Notes: generated from the sequence alone by a model not told the origin. A DNA stretch of 64,000 nt from Pelagibacteraceae bacterium AG-470-E16 (GCA_003209195.1 QCSF01000003.1:14874-78873), one strand, 5' to 3'; positions 31,672 to 42,973 are shown, numbered from the stretch's first letter. Made by a program: numbers and translations.

Positions 31672-31726
31672 TATATGAAACATAAATTGAGTAGATAAAT
31701 AGAAAATATTTTGACATTAAACATTA

Positions 31727-32623
31727 ATGTTTAATAATCAATATACAATTTCCAATGAAGTATCGTTTAGCGGTATTGGTTTGCATTCTGGTAAACTTGT
31801 TAAAATTAGACTCATGCCTGCGAAAGAAAACAATGGTATAAATTTTATATTTAAAAAAAAAAAGATCAAAGCATCTTGGAGTAATAGTGAAATTAGCCAA
31901 CTTTGCACTAAAATTAAATTTAATGAAATATATTTGAGTACTATAGAGCATTTAATGTCGGCTTTGAGTGGATTAAATATTACAAATTTAAAAATAGAGA
32001 CATCTTCAAATGAAATCCCAATTTTAGATGGTAGTGCAAAAGAATTTATAGATATGATTTTAAAAACTGGAATTCAAAAACAAAATGCATATAAAAAAAT
32101 ATTAAAAATAAAAAGAAAAGTGAAATTTAAGACTAATGACAAGTTTATTGAAATTGAACCTACATTAAAAAAAAAATTAATTATAGATTATACTATTGAC
32201 TATCAAGATGAATTTATAAAAAAGCAAAGATTGGTATATGAGCATACGTTTGAAAACTTTAAAAAAATTTATAAAGCAAGAACATTTTGCTTACATAAAG
32301 ATCTTGAAAAAATATTTTCAATGGGTTTAGCTAAGGGAGGTTCACTTGAAAATGCGATTGTAGTATCTGGAAATAAAATACTAAATCAGGGAGGTTTAAG
32401 ATATAAAGATGAATTTGTTAAACATAAGATTTTAGATTGTGTTGGAGATCTATATCTTGCTGAAAATCAAATATGGGGCAAAGTTACAACATATGGGGGC
32501 GGTCATGAACTAAATTTAATGATATTAAAAAAAATTTTTAAAGACAAAAAAAATTATGAACTTATTGATTGTAGTTTTAAAGAACCAAACAATGCGCAAA
32601 TTTTTAAAAAAGTAAGTTTATAA
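31727..32623 (+). CDS. lpxC: UDP-3-O-acyl-GlcNAc deacetylase
   Basis: GIGLHSG, TIEHLMSAL, PILDGSA, ARTF, HKILDCVGDL, GGHELN. Confidence 0.96.
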   Translation: MFNNQYTISNEVSFSGIGLHSGKLVKIRLMPAKENNGINFIFKKKKIKASWSNSEISQLCTKIKFNEIYLSTIEHLMSALSGLNITNLKIETSSNEIPILDGSAKEFIDMILKTGIQKQNAYKKILKIKRKVKFKTNDKFIEIEPTLKKKLIIDYTIDYQDEFIKKQRLVYEHTFENFKKIYKARTFCLHKDLEKIFSMGLAKGGSLENAIVVSGNKILNQGGLRYKDEFVKHKILDCVGDLYLAENQIWGKVTTYGGGHELNLMILKKIFKDKKNYELIDCSFKEPNNAQIFKKVSL

Positions 32624-32651
32624 TTTAATTTAAAGCTTTATAAGGTAAAAA

Positions 32652-33497
32652 ATGAATCCTTTAGTACAAATTAAAAATTTATATAAATTATTGCTCATTA
32701 TTTTTGTTATTTTTTTGGGTTGTAACAAAGAAGACGACTTAATCAGTAAGCCAGGTACATTACCTCCATTAAATTTGTTGTACAAAGAGGCATTTAAAAA
32801 ATACCAAACTGGGGAATGGACAAATTCTATTGAACTGTTTCAAAAGGTAGAGTCAAGATACTCATATTCTGAGTGGGCTCCAAAAGCTACTTTAATGATA
32901 ATGTATATTTATTATGAAGCAGGTCAGGGTTATAGGGCAGTTGAATATGCAAATAAGTATAAAAAACTTTATCCTTTTGGCAAAAGTATGGATTACGTAG
33001 ATTTTATCATCGGCTTATCGTTTTATGAAAAAATTGAAACGGTAGCTAGAGACCAGTCAAATAGTAAATTTGCTAAAAAAAAATTCAAAGAAATTATTAA
33101 AAAGTATCCTGATACTATTTACGCTGAAGAGGCAAAATATAAAATAGATTTAATCGATGAACAACTTGCTGGTAAAGAAATGTATATTGCTAGATATTAT
33201 ATGAAAAAATCAAAATGGATACCCGCAATTAAAAGATTAAATATAATTATGAATGATTACGGTCAGACTATATATGTTACAGAGGCATTACATAGATTAG
33301 TCGAAATATATTATTCCTTAGGAAATATAAATGCAGCAAAAAAATATGCTGCAATATTAGGATATAATTTTAATGATAGTGACTGGTATAAAAAAAGTTA
33401 CAAAATTGTAGGTGACAAAGACTATAATATAAAAAAAGTAAAATCTAAAAGAAAACTCAAGGATCGAATAATTCAAATGTTTAAGTTTTCTAAATGA
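32652..33497 (+). CDS. bamD: Outer membrane assembly lipoprotein BamD/ComL
   Basis: Lipobox FLGC, TPR-like repeats, RDQ, LAGKEMYIARYY, EALHRLVEIY. Confidence 0.9.
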   Translation: MNPLVQIKNLYKLLLIIFVIFLGCNKEDDLISKPGTLPPLNLLYKEAFKKYQTGEWTNSIELFQKVESRYSYSEWAPKATLMIMYIYYEAGQGYRAVEYANKYKKLYPFGKSMDYVDFIIGLSFYEKIETVARDQSNSKFAKKKFKEIIKKYPDTIYAEEAKYKIDLIDEQLAGKEMYIARYYMKKSKWIPAIKRLNIIMNDYGQTIYVTEALHRLVEIYYSLGNINAAKKYAAILGYNFNDSDWYKKSYKIVGDKDYNIKKVKSKRKLKDRIIQMFKFSK

Positions 33498-35512
33498 TAA
33501 AAAGTTTAAAAGATTATAAAAATAAAAAAAAAAAATTAATCGAATATAATAAATTTTATTACGACCAAAATTCACCCAAAATTGATGATGCTAAATATGA
33601 TCTTTTGAAAAAGCAATTATTAATTTATGAAGAAAAAAATAAACTTTCGGGACATGAGAAAAAAGTATCAGATTTAGTTGGTTTTGAGCCATCAAAAAAG
33701 TTTTCTAGAGTAAAACACAAAGAAAGCATGTTATCCTTAGACAATGCGTTTGAAGAAGGTGATATTATTAATTTCTATAAAAAAGTTAACAATTATTTAA
33801 ATTTAAAAGAGCATACAAGACTCGAACTATTTGCTGAACCAAAAATTGATGGGATATCTGCTAGTTTATATTATAAAAATGGTGAGTTTTACCAGGGTTT
33901 ATCGAGAGGAGATGGTGTACATGGAGAAGATATAACTGAGAATTTATATACCATTAGTGAAATTCCAAAAAAATTAAAACTTACAAATATTCAACAACTA
34001 ACTATTAGAGGCGAGGTATATATCAAGAAATCCGATTTTAAAAAAATATCTGATAAGTTTGCTAACCCCAGAAATGCCGCCTCAGGTTCTTTAAGACAGA
34101 AAGATTCGAATAATACAGCTAAAATACCATTGTGTTTTTTTGCATATGGCACAATTTTCGGTAATCATGATATTAAAAATACTCAATCTGAATTCTTAGA
34201 TTTTTTAAAAGATAACGGTTTTTCTGTAAATCCGTTTAGTAAAATAATAAAAAATGAAAATGATCTTTATAAAAATTATAAAGATATAGAAAATAAAAGA
34301 TCAAAATTAGATTATGATATTGATGGCATTGTTTACAAAATAAATAAATTTGATCTACAAAAAAGGTTGGGAAACTTAACTAATTCTCCAAGATGGGCAA
34401 TTGCGTATAAATTTTCATCCGAAAAAGGGTTATCAACGATAAAAAATATTGAGATACAGATAGGACGGACAGGTGCGTTAACTCCTGTTGCTAAAATTCA
34501 ACCTGTAAATATTGGTGGCGTGGTAGTTTCAAATGCGACCTTGCATAATGAAGACGAAATAATTAGAAAAGATATTCGAATAGGTGACACAGTTTTAGTT
34601 CAAAGGGCAGGCGACGTAATACCAAATGTTATATCTGTTGAAAGAAAAAAAAGACCCATTAATTCTAAAGCATTTATATTTCCAAAAAAATGTCCTTCAT
34701 GCGGATCTAAGGTAAAAAAAGAATATAATGAAAATTCAAAGAAGTTCGATGCAGTTGCCAGATGTTCAAGTGAAGGTTTTGAATGTGAGAAAATTGCAAT
34801 AGAGAAAATTAAACACTTTATTTCAAAGGAAGCTTTAAATATAGATGGGTTTGGTAAAAAAGTGGTAGAAAAATTTTGGGAATTAAATTTTATAAGATAT
34901 CCTCAAGATATTTTTAATCTCGATTATGAGAAAATAGAAAAATTGGAAGGTTTTGGACAACAATCAGTAGAAAATTTGAAATCAGCCATTAAAAGATCAC
35001 AAGCGTTATCGCTTGAAAAGTTTATTTTTTCGATTGGCATCAGACATATTGGGCAAGAGAATGCAAAAATATTAGCAAAATTTTTTAAATCAAAAAAAAA
35101 TTTAAAGAAAATAATCAAAGTTCATAGTTTTTATAAAGAATTAAGTGAGCTAGATGGAATTGGAGAAAGTCAAATTAATTCTCTAAAAAACTTTTTTGAA
35201 AATAAAACAAATAAAATGGTTTTTGAAAAATTAATATTAATTTTAGAAATATCTGATTTTAAAATAGCAGAAAAAGGAAAGTTTATTAATCAGACATTTA
35301 TGTTTACTGGTGGATTATCAAAAATGAGTAGATCAGAGGCAAAACAAATAGTAGAAAACGAAGGCGGAAAAGTTTTAGGGACACTGTCTAAAAAGTTAAA
35401 TTTTATTGTATCTGGAGATGCTAAACCTACAATAAAAAAAATTAATCAAGCAAAAGAATTTGGTATTAGAGTTTTAACGGAAAAAGAGTGGTATAAATTA
35501 ATCAATTTTTGA
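33494..35512 (+). CDS. ligA: NAD-dependent DNA ligase
   Basis: MLSLDNAF, EPKIDG (adenylated Lys), FANPRNAASGSLRQ, CPSC zinc finger, HhH, BRCT. Confidence 0.98.
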   Translation: MIKSLKDYKNKKKKLIEYNKFYYDQNSPKIDDAKYDLLKKQLLIYEEKNKLSGHEKKVSDLVGFEPSKKFSRVKHKESMLSLDNAFEEGDIINFYKKVNNYLNLKEHTRLELFAEPKIDGISASLYYKNGEFYQGLSRGDGVHGEDITENLYTISEIPKKLKLTNIQQLTIRGEVYIKKSDFKKISDKFANPRNAASGSLRQKDSNNTAKIPLCFFAYGTIFGNHDIKNTQSEFLDFLKDNGFSVNPFSKIIKNENDLYKNYKDIENKRSKLDYDIDGIVYKINKFDLQKRLGNLTNSPRWAIAYKFSSEKGLSTIKNIEIQIGRTGALTPVAKIQPVNIGGVVVSNATLHNEDEIIRKDIRIGDTVLVQRAGDVIPNVISVERKKRPINSKAFIFPKKCPSCGSKVKKEYNENSKKFDAVARCSSEGFECEKIAIEKIKHFISKEALNIDGFGKKVVEKFWELNFIRYPQDIFNLDYEKIEKLEGFGQQSVENLKSAIKRSQALSLEKFIFSIGIRHIGQENAKILAKFFKSKKNLKKIIKVHSFYKELSELDGIGESQINSLKNFFENKTNKMVFEKLILILEISDFKIAEKGKFINQTFMFTGGLSKMSRSEAKQIVENEGGKVLGTLSKKLNFIVSGDAKPTIKKINQAKEFGIRVLTEKEWYKLINF

Positions 35513-37153
35513 ACAGCTATTTTTTAAGAATTTTTTTTCTTTATTATTTAAAAACTTGTGAATTTTTTCATATACATCCAAATGATAATCATTAATCCAT
35601 TTTATTTCTTTTTTTGAAAGCATTGATTTTATAATTAAAGACTTATCAAAAGGTACCAAGGTTAGGTTTTGAAACTCTCGATTTTTGTCTAAATATATTA
35701 AATTTTCTAACCTCACTCCAAAATCATTATTTTTATAATAACCAGGTTCATTTGACATTACTTGAAGTGGATAAATTTTATAATTACTAAATTTTGATAA
35801 TGAAGGCGGTGTTTCATGTACATTAGACAAATATCCAACTCCGTGACCTGTGCCATGATTAAAATCTAACCCCATTTTTTTTAGGTGTTTTCTTGCAGAT
35901 TTATCAAGATCTTTTCCTTTTGTGTTTTTTGCAATTTTAAAATTATAAACACTAATGTGACTTTTGAGTACAAGAGTATAAATCTTTTTATAAAAATTAC
36001 CCCTTTTACCTAATGATATTGTTCTTGTCATATCTGTGGTACCAAAATAATATTGTGATCCACAATCAATTAATAAAAGACTATTTTTTTTTAAATAATA
36101 TTTCTTATAATCAAGAGGATTGTAATGGATAATAGATGCATTCTTATCTCCAGCTGTAATTGTCTGAAAACTTTTACCTAAGTAAAATTTATTTTTTCTT
36201 TTGAAAAATTCAATTTTTTTCTGACAGTCAATTTCATTAATATTTTTTAATTTATTAAATTTTAACCAGTATAAAAATTTTATATATGCAATACCATCAA
36301 AAATATGAGCAATTTTTATATTTGTAATTTCTGTTAAATTTTTTATAGATTTGAAATTATCTATTGGATCCTTTATAAATTTAAATTTAATTTTTCTTGT
36401 TTGTAATAAATTATAAAAGAATAAAGATGTATACTTTTTATCTAAAAAAATTTTTTTCGTTTTAAACAAAGTTTCATTAATTTTTGAAAAATTTTTAAAT
36501 ATTATTTTATTAAAATTAAAATTTATTTTCTGATTTGAAAAAATGTAAATTTTTTTATTTTTATATACTGCTATACAATTAAAAATTTTACTAAATTTCT
36601 TACTCCTTGATCTAATATTTGTAAGCCAACCTATATTTTCAGGTGAATTAATTAAAAATATTTCGTTATTACTCAATTTTATTTTTTTGCCAAGTTTTTC
36701 TATTTTAGAACTCGACTCTTCACCTGAATATTTTTTGGGAAGAAAAAAAAGATATTCTTTTTTATTTTGCTCTTTAATTGAATTAAAAAAGACAAAGTTT
36801 TTTAAACTTAGATCCAAAAAAAAATTATAAGAGAAAGTTTTTGGATCTATTAATATTTTTTTTTTAAGTTTTTGTATTTTGACTAAATCATATTTGATTT
36901 TATCAATATCTTTAATAGTAAAAATTTTTGTTTGTAATTTAGCCTGTTTTGTATATCTTCCATCAACATATAAATACTGTTTGTTAGTTAATATAAGCGC
37001 ATATCCAAATGAACCAGAGAAGTTTGTAATTTTTTTTAACAAATTTTCCTCATTTTCAATAAATTCATTTAAAAACTGGTTATTTGAAGAGATCAAACAA
37101 GCAAAAAAATTTTTTTTTTTAAGATATTTTTTTATGTTATTTAGATTATTCAT
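35498..37153 (-). CDS. Xaa-Pro aminopeptidase (M24 family)
   Basis: DGRY, DCGSQY..GTTDMTRT, HGTGHGVG, VHE, SNEPGYY, GVRLEN. Confidence 0.9.
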   Translation of the reverse strand: MNNLNNIKKYLKKKNFFACLISSNNQFLNEFIENEENLLKKITNFSGSFGYALILTNKQYLYVDGRYTKQAKLQTKIFTIKDIDKIKYDLVKIQKLKKKILIDPKTFSYNFFLDLSLKNFVFFNSIKEQNKKEYLFFLPKKYSGEESSSKIEKLGKKIKLSNNEIFLINSPENIGWLTNIRSRSKKFSKIFNCIAVYKNKKIYIFSNQKINFNFNKIIFKNFSKINETLFKTKKIFLDKKYTSLFFYNLLQTRKIKFKFIKDPIDNFKSIKNLTEITNIKIAHIFDGIAYIKFLYWLKFNKLKNINEIDCQKKIEFFKRKNKFYLGKSFQTITAGDKNASIIHYNPLDYKKYYLKKNSLLLIDCGSQYYFGTTDMTRTISLGKRGNFYKKIYTLVLKSHISVYNFKIAKNTKGKDLDKSARKHLKKMGLDFNHGTGHGVGYLSNVHETPPSLSKFSNYKIYPLQVMSNEPGYYKNNDFGVRLENLIYLDKNREFQNLTLVPFDKSLIIKSMLSKKEIKWINDYHLDVYEKIHKFLNNKEKKFLKNSCSKID

Positions 37154-39380
37154 TTGCAGTTTTGCTTACAAATTTATCGATTACTTTTTTTTCGCCCTGA
37201 TCATCAAAATTTATTAATAATTTATTTCCATCTATATGTATAATTTTCCCTGTACCAAAACCACTATGTACAACTGTTTCACCAACTGTAAAATTTGTAA
37301 AATTTTCAGTGAATGTAATTGTTTTAATATTTTTTTCTTTTTTATTATGTTGATTATTATAATTATTTTTTAGTCTATTCCATCCTGGACTATTTTTACT
37401 GTTTGAATTAAAATCTTGATCAAACACGAATTCATCAGCTTGATTTTCATCAATGGAAATTTCTGTAAATTTATCATCTATTTCATTTATAAAACGTGAA
37501 GATATCGATGTGTAGAGATCATAGTTGTCATTTTGCCTTCCATAGAATTTTCTTTGATTAGCAAACGATATATAAAGCTCTTTCTTAGCTCTGGTTATTG
37601 CAACATATGCTAGCCTTCTCTCTTCTTCAACACCCTCGGTTCCTCTATCTTCGATAGATTTGGGATGTGGAAATAAACCTTCTTCCCAACCAGGTAAAAA
37701 AACCGTATCAAATTCTAGACCTTTAGCTGAATGTATAGTCATTATGTTAATTTTCTCACCATCCCAATCTTCATCGATCGAAGTTTGTAAGGAAATATTT
37801 TCTAAAAATTCACTTAAGGACGCATATCCTTTCATTGATGTTTTAAGTTCTTTTAAATTTTCTAGTTTAGAGTCTGCCTCTGGCGTTTTCTCATTTTTAA
37901 GCATTAATGTATAGCCTGATTCATCTAGTACTGTTTCAAGCAAACTAACATGATCATCGTTTTCAGATTTTTTTTTCCAAGAAATCATGTGTATTAAGAA
38001 AGATTTTAAATTATGTATTGTTTTCGGTTTTAAAATATTTTCTTTTAAAATTTCTTGAGAAGCATCAAATAACGAGATTTCGCGCGATCTTGCAAAATTA
38101 TGTATTTTTTTTAGAGAACTATTGCCAATAGATCTCCTTGGATTATTTATGATTCTCTCGTAAGAAATATCGTCACTAGATTGGTTAATTAATCTAAGAT
38201 AACAGAGAGCATCTTTAATTTCAGATCTTTCATAAAATTTGAGACCTCCTATAAGTTTATAAGGAAGACCAATTTTAATAAAACGTTCTTCAAACTCTCT
38301 AGTTTGAAAAGCAGCGCGTACTAAAACCGATATTTCACTTAATTTATATTTTTTTGATAAAACTTGTTCTATAATATCTGAAACACCAACCGCTTCGCTA
38401 ATTCCATCAAAGTAAGATTTTATTTTAACTTTTTCTCCAAGACCTAAATCTGACCAAATATTTTTTTCTAACCTATCTTCATTATTTGAAATTAATGATG
38501 TTGCACTATTAATTATGTTTTCCGTAGATCTATAATTTTGCTCTAATTTAATAGATTTTAAATTTTTAAAATCATCTTTAAAATTTAAAATATTTTTTAC
38601 CTCGGCACCTCTCCAACTATAAATAGATTGATCATCGTCTCCAACAACACAAATATTATTTTTTTCAGTTATTAAAAGTTTTAACCAGAGATTTTGAATG
38701 AAATTAGTATCTTGAAACTCGTCAACTAAAATATATTTAAAATTTTTTTGATATAATTGTTTAATATCCTTAAATTTTTTTAGAATAGTGACAACATGAA
38801 GTATTAGATCGCCAAAATCAACACAATTCATTACTAGAAGTCTTTTTTGATAAATTTTATAAACTTTTAAAGAATTCGTTAAGTGAAAATCTTGGTTTTT
38901 AATATTGACGTCATCTGGCAATTGAGCTTTATTTTTCCATTGATCTATATAATAGGCGATTTGTTTTGGTGGATTTTTTTTAATATCTATATTTTCTGAT
39001 TCTAAAATGTTTTTAATGAGTTTTATTTGATCTAAAGTGTCTATTATTGTAAAATTTGGTTTTAAATTAACTGCCTCAGCATTTTTTCTTAGCATTTTAT
39101 TACAAATAGAATGAAAAGTTCCAAGCCAAGGAAATGCTATTGATCTTGAATTAATTAATTTGTTCACTCTGTCACGCATTTCATTAGCTGCTTTATTTGT
39201 AAATGTGACGCATAATATTTGCTGACCAAAACATTTTTTTTGTTCAATTAAATGTACTATTCTACTAGTCAAAACCTTTGTTTTTCCGGAACCAGCACCG
39301 GCCAAAACTTGTAGAGGCCCTTCAGTTGTAGTTACAGCCAATTTTTGTTGATTATTCAATAAATTTAAATAATTAATCAT
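37146..39380 (-). CDS. uvrD: UvrD/PcrA/Rep family SF1 helicase
   Basis: LAGAGSGKT, TFTNKAA, VDEFQDTN, VGDDDQSIYSWRGA, LEQNYRS, MTIHSAKGLEF, EERRLAYVAITRA. Confidence 0.95.
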   Translation of the reverse strand: MINYLNLLNNQQKLAVTTTEGPLQVLAGAGSGKTKVLTSRIVHLIEQKKCFGQQILCVTFTNKAANEMRDRVNKLINSRSIAFPWLGTFHSICNKMLRKNAEAVNLKPNFTIIDTLDQIKLIKNILESENIDIKKNPPKQIAYYIDQWKNKAQLPDDVNIKNQDFHLTNSLKVYKIYQKRLLVMNCVDFGDLILHVVTILKKFKDIKQLYQKNFKYILVDEFQDTNFIQNLWLKLLITEKNNICVVGDDDQSIYSWRGAEVKNILNFKDDFKNLKSIKLEQNYRSTENIINSATSLISNNEDRLEKNIWSDLGLGEKVKIKSYFDGISEAVGVSDIIEQVLSKKYKLSEISVLVRAAFQTREFEERFIKIGLPYKLIGGLKFYERSEIKDALCYLRLINQSSDDISYERIINNPRRSIGNSSLKKIHNFARSREISLFDASQEILKENILKPKTIHNLKSFLIHMISWKKKSENDDHVSLLETVLDESGYTLMLKNEKTPEADSKLENLKELKTSMKGYASLSEFLENISLQTSIDEDWDGEKINIMTIHSAKGLEFDTVFLPGWEEGLFPHPKSIEDRGTEGVEEERRLAYVAITRAKKELYISFANQRKFYGRQNDNYDLYTSISSRFINEIDDKFTEISIDENQADEFVFDQDFNSNSKNSPGWNRLKNNYNNQHNKKEKNIKTITFTENFTNFTVGETVVHSGFGTGKIIHIDGNKLLINFDDQGEKKVIDKFVSKTANE

Positions 39381-39408
39381 TTAGACCAAATTATCACAAC
39401 GTTTGTAA

Positions 39409-40779
39409 ATGAGAAAAAAAAAAACAAAAAAGCTGTTAGTATCAATATTTGCTGTATTAGTTTTATTAATTTTATATTTTTGCTCACCTTTTTTGTTGAA
39501 TTTTAATGATAAAAAAAGAACAGGTATAGAAAATATTTTATCAGATCTAATATTTTACCAAATAAATATAAAAGGTGGAATTAAGTATAAACTAACCCCG
39601 CTGCCAATTTTAGAGATATCTGAGATACATATTCAAAAAGAAAATGAAAATAGTATTTTAAACAAAGTAATTATCAGAACATCAATTTTTGATTTAATAC
39701 AAAATAGATTTTCTTATAAGGATGTTACTTTAGAAGGTGGGGAATTTATTGTTGATTTAAATAATTTAAAACACGTTTCATTTATTGAAGAGTTTAAACA
39801 AAAAAAAATATTTTTAAGAGATGTAAGCTTACGTTTTTTTAATAATAAACAATCATTTAATTTAGATAAAATAAATGCTAAGATTTATTTTGAAGATAGC
39901 TTAATTAAAAAAGTTAAAGGTCAATTTAACTTAGGTGAAATTAAGTTTAAAACCAAATATGACAATAATAAATTAAATTTAAAATCTAATGAAATTGATC
40001 TGAAAATCTCTGTGAATAATTTATTAAATAAGCAAAAAAATATTAAAATAAATTTTAATAATCAATCTATGCTCCCAGGAGTTAACAGATTATATGCATC
40101 TTTTAACTATGAGCAGATTAATGATGGTTTTAGTTTCGAAAGTCAAAAGTTTGAAACTAACTTATCTAACGGCTTTATAAAAATATCTAAATTAAAAAAA
40201 ACAAATAATATTGTAATTGAAGGTTTTTTTAAAGATGTAAATTTTAAAAAAATTAAAAATAGTGATTTGAAAGATTTTTTTCAAAATAGATTGAATGAAT
40301 TATCAAATATAATTGATGCCGAAATTATATTAAATTTTGAAAATATTAAAACTAAAAATAATTTATTTAATAAAGCTCAATTTAAAGTTAATTTTCAGAA
40401 GGGTGATGTTGTTTTTGAGAATATAAGTTTACTATCAAATGAAAATAAATTTTCTATTCAAGGAAGAAATATCAATTATCAAAAAGATAATTTATTATTC
40501 TATGAATTAGCTTTTGAAACAAAAGATTTAAAAAAAATATGTGCAAAAGTTTGTAATGACCAGGATATAGTTGATAAAATTATACATAATAAGATTAATA
40601 TAAAATCAAAAGGTATATTAAATTTAAATAAAGCAAAGATAAGTGTTCAAGAAAACTTTTTTAAAAAATTTTTTAACGAAAATGAACTTAAAAAATTAAA
40701 CACAAATTTAAATACTTTGATTATTTTTGGAAAGTTGGAAAATATATTTGAATTATCTAGGTATTTCGTACTTCTATAA
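39409..40779 (+). CDS. Membrane-anchored beta-rich protein, possibly AsmA-like
   Basis: Basic N-terminus plus TM helix, then INIKGGIKYKLTPLPILEISEI (resembles the AsmA N-terminal pattern) and repeated beta-strand-like segments. Confidence 0.45.
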   Translation: MRKKKTKKLLVSIFAVLVLLILYFCSPFLLNFNDKKRTGIENILSDLIFYQINIKGGIKYKLTPLPILEISEIHIQKENENSILNKVIIRTSIFDLIQNRFSYKDVTLEGGEFIVDLNNLKHVSFIEEFKQKKIFLRDVSLRFFNNKQSFNLDKINAKIYFEDSLIKKVKGQFNLGEIKFKTKYDNNKLNLKSNEIDLKISVNNLLNKQKNIKINFNNQSMLPGVNRLYASFNYEQINDGFSFESQKFETNLSNGFIKISKLKKTNNIVIEGFFKDVNFKKIKNSDLKDFFQNRLNELSNIIDAEIILNFENIKTKNNLFNKAQFKVNFQKGDVVFENISLLSNENKFSIQGRNINYQKDNLLFYELAFETKDLKKICAKVCNDQDIVDKIIHNKINIKSKGILNLNKAKISVQENFFKKFFNENELKKLNTNLNTLIIFGKLENIFELSRYFVLL

Positions 40780-40781
40780 GT

Positions 40782-42170
40782 TTACTTTGGTTTTACCATT
40801 TTTTTTGGATTAACAATTATATTATATTCGTCTTCAGTTATTAGACCGGTTTTTAATGTTTCATCTTTTAAAGTTGTGCCATTTTTATGTGCAGCTTTAG
40901 CTATCTTACTTGCATTATCATATCCAATAACTGGTGAGAGCGCAGTAACAAGCATTAACGAATTATTTAAAAGTTCATTTATTTTTTTCTTATTGGCTTT
41001 AATTCCTTTTACACAAAAATCCACAAAGCAATTTACTGAGTCTGAAATTAAATCGATCGATTGAATAATATTGTGAGCAATAAGAGGTTTAAAAACATTT
41101 AATTCAAAATGTCCATGAGTTCCTGCTATTGTAATACCAGTATGATTTCCAATAACTTTAGTACAAACCATTGTTATAGCTTCACATTGTGTTGGGTTAA
41201 CTTTACCAGGCATAATTGATGAACCAGGCTCGTTTTCTGGAAGCTCTAATTCTGCATAACCTGCTCTGGGACCTGATCCAAGAAATCTTATATCATTAGC
41301 AATTTTTGTAAGTGCTACCGCCGTCGTACTTAGACTTGCAGAGAAATTTACAATTGGATCGTGACTTGCTAGAGCTTCAAATTTATTTTTAGCAGTTTGA
41401 AATGGTAGTTTTGTATTTTTTTTAATTTCTAAAGCTATTTTTTTATCCCAACCTTTTTTTGAATTTATTCCAGTGCCTACCGCAGTTCCTCCTTGGGCCA
41501 AATAATAAACTTCATTTAAAGCTTTTTTAATTCTATCTATAGAGTTTTTTATTTGTGCCTCGTATCCTGAGAATTCTTGGCCTAGAGTTAGAGGAGTAGC
41601 ATCTTGAAGGTGAGTTCTTCCAATCTTTACAATATCTTTAAATTGCTTTACTTTTTTATTTAAGCTTTTTTCTAACTTTACAAGTGCGGGCAATAACCTC
41701 TTATTTGCATGAATTGCAACTGCTATATGCATTGCTGTTGGAAATGTATCATTTGTTGACTGAGCCATATTAACATGATCATTTGGATGAACGGGTTTTT
41801 TAGAGCCAAGTTTACCACCAAGTATTTCAATAGCTCTATTGGATATCACTTCATTTACATTCATATTTGTTTGTGTACCAGACCCTGTTTGCCAAACCTT
41901 TAAGGGGAAATGATCATCTAATTTTCCTGAAATTACCTCGTCAGAAGCTTTTTGTATTGCCTTAGATATTTTAGGATCTAAGTCTTTAAACTTTTGATTT
42001 ACAATAGCTGCAGATTTTTTGACTACTCCTATTGCATGTATTAATTCCAATGGAACATTTACTTTTCCAATTTTAAAATTCTTTATAGATCTTTGAGTTT
42101 GAGCGCCCCAATATTTATCATCTGGAACCTTGATTTTTCCAAAACTATCAAATTCATTTCTTGATGCCAT
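40782..42170 (-). CDS. fumC: Class II fumarate hydratase
   Basis: [43 protein letters not shown]. Confidence 0.99.
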   Translation of the reverse strand: MASRNEFDSFGKIKVPDDKYWGAQTQRSIKNFKIGKVNVPLELIHAIGVVKKSAAIVNQKFKDLDPKISKAIQKASDEVISGKLDDHFPLKVWQTGSGTQTNMNVNEVISNRAIEILGGKLGSKKPVHPNDHVNMAQSTNDTFPTAMHIAVAIHANKRLLPALVKLEKSLNKKVKQFKDIVKIGRTHLQDATPLTLGQEFSGYEAQIKNSIDRIKKALNEVYYLAQGGTAVGTGINSKKGWDKKIALEIKKNTKLPFQTAKNKFEALASHDPIVNFSASLSTTAVALTKIANDIRFLGSGPRAGYAELELPENEPGSSIMPGKVNPTQCEAITMVCTKVIGNHTGITIAGTHGHFELNVFKPLIAHNIIQSIDLISDSVNCFVDFCVKGIKANKKKINELLNNSLMLVTALSPVIGYDNASKIAKAAHKNGTTLKDETLKTGLITEDEYNIIVNPKKMVKPK

Positions 42171-42217
42171 AATATTTTGACTATATTAAATATATATACA
42201 CTAAATATTAAAATACA

Positions 42218-42973
42218 ATGAGCGTTATAATTATCGGTGGAACATTCGGCATAGGCCTTGAGCTAGCAAAAAAATATTTAGGAAAAACAAATAATCTAAT
42301 TATTTTAGGTAGAAGCGAAGAAAAATTTGTACAAATAAAAAATGATCTAGCTAACAATAGCACTAATATTATTTGTAAAAGGGTAGATGTGACTAATACT
42401 GTTGAAACACAAAATACACTCAGGGAAATAATAACCAATTATAGCGATTTGGATCTTATAGTATATTCGAGTGGTTTTTATAAACCGAACAATACATTTG
42501 ATGTAGATTTAGACTTATACAGAAAAACAATTGAAGTTAACTTTATGGGATTAATAAACGTAATGTCTATAATTTTACCTTATTTGAAAAAACAACAAAA
42601 AGGTCACATTGCTATGATCAGTTCTCTTGCAGGTTTTTTTGGCTTACCTAATTCATCTGGTTACGGACCAAGTAAAGCTGCAATGATGAATTATTCAGAG
42701 TCAATTTATAATGATTGTAAAAAAAATAATATTTTCGTGAGTGTAATTAATCCTGGTTTTGTCAAAACAAGGCTTACAGATCAAAATAAATTTGAGATGC
42801 CATTCTTAATGACAGCAGAAAAAGCTGCTAAAATTATTTACAAAGGTTTGGAGAAAAAGAAATATGATATTACCTTCCCTTTTATGATGAGTTTAATTTT
42901 TAAAACTCTAAAAATATTACCAAAACCTATATTTTTATTTCTAATAAAATATATGGTTAAAACTAATAATTAG
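42218..42973 (+). CDS. SDR family oxidoreductase
   Basis: GGTFGIG, ISSLAG, YxxxK (YGPSK), NPGFVKT. Confidence 0.9.
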   Translation: MSVIIIGGTFGIGLELAKKYLGKTNNLIILGRSEEKFVQIKNDLANNSTNIICKRVDVTNTVETQNTLREIITNYSDLDLIVYSSGFYKPNNTFDVDLDLYRKTIEVNFMGLINVMSIILPYLKKQQKGHIAMISSLAGFFGLPNSSGYGPSKAAMMNYSESIYNDCKKNNIFVSVINPGFVKTRLTDQNKFEMPFLMTAEKAAKIIYKGLEKKKYDITFPFMMSLIFKTLKILPKPIFLFLIKYMVKTNN

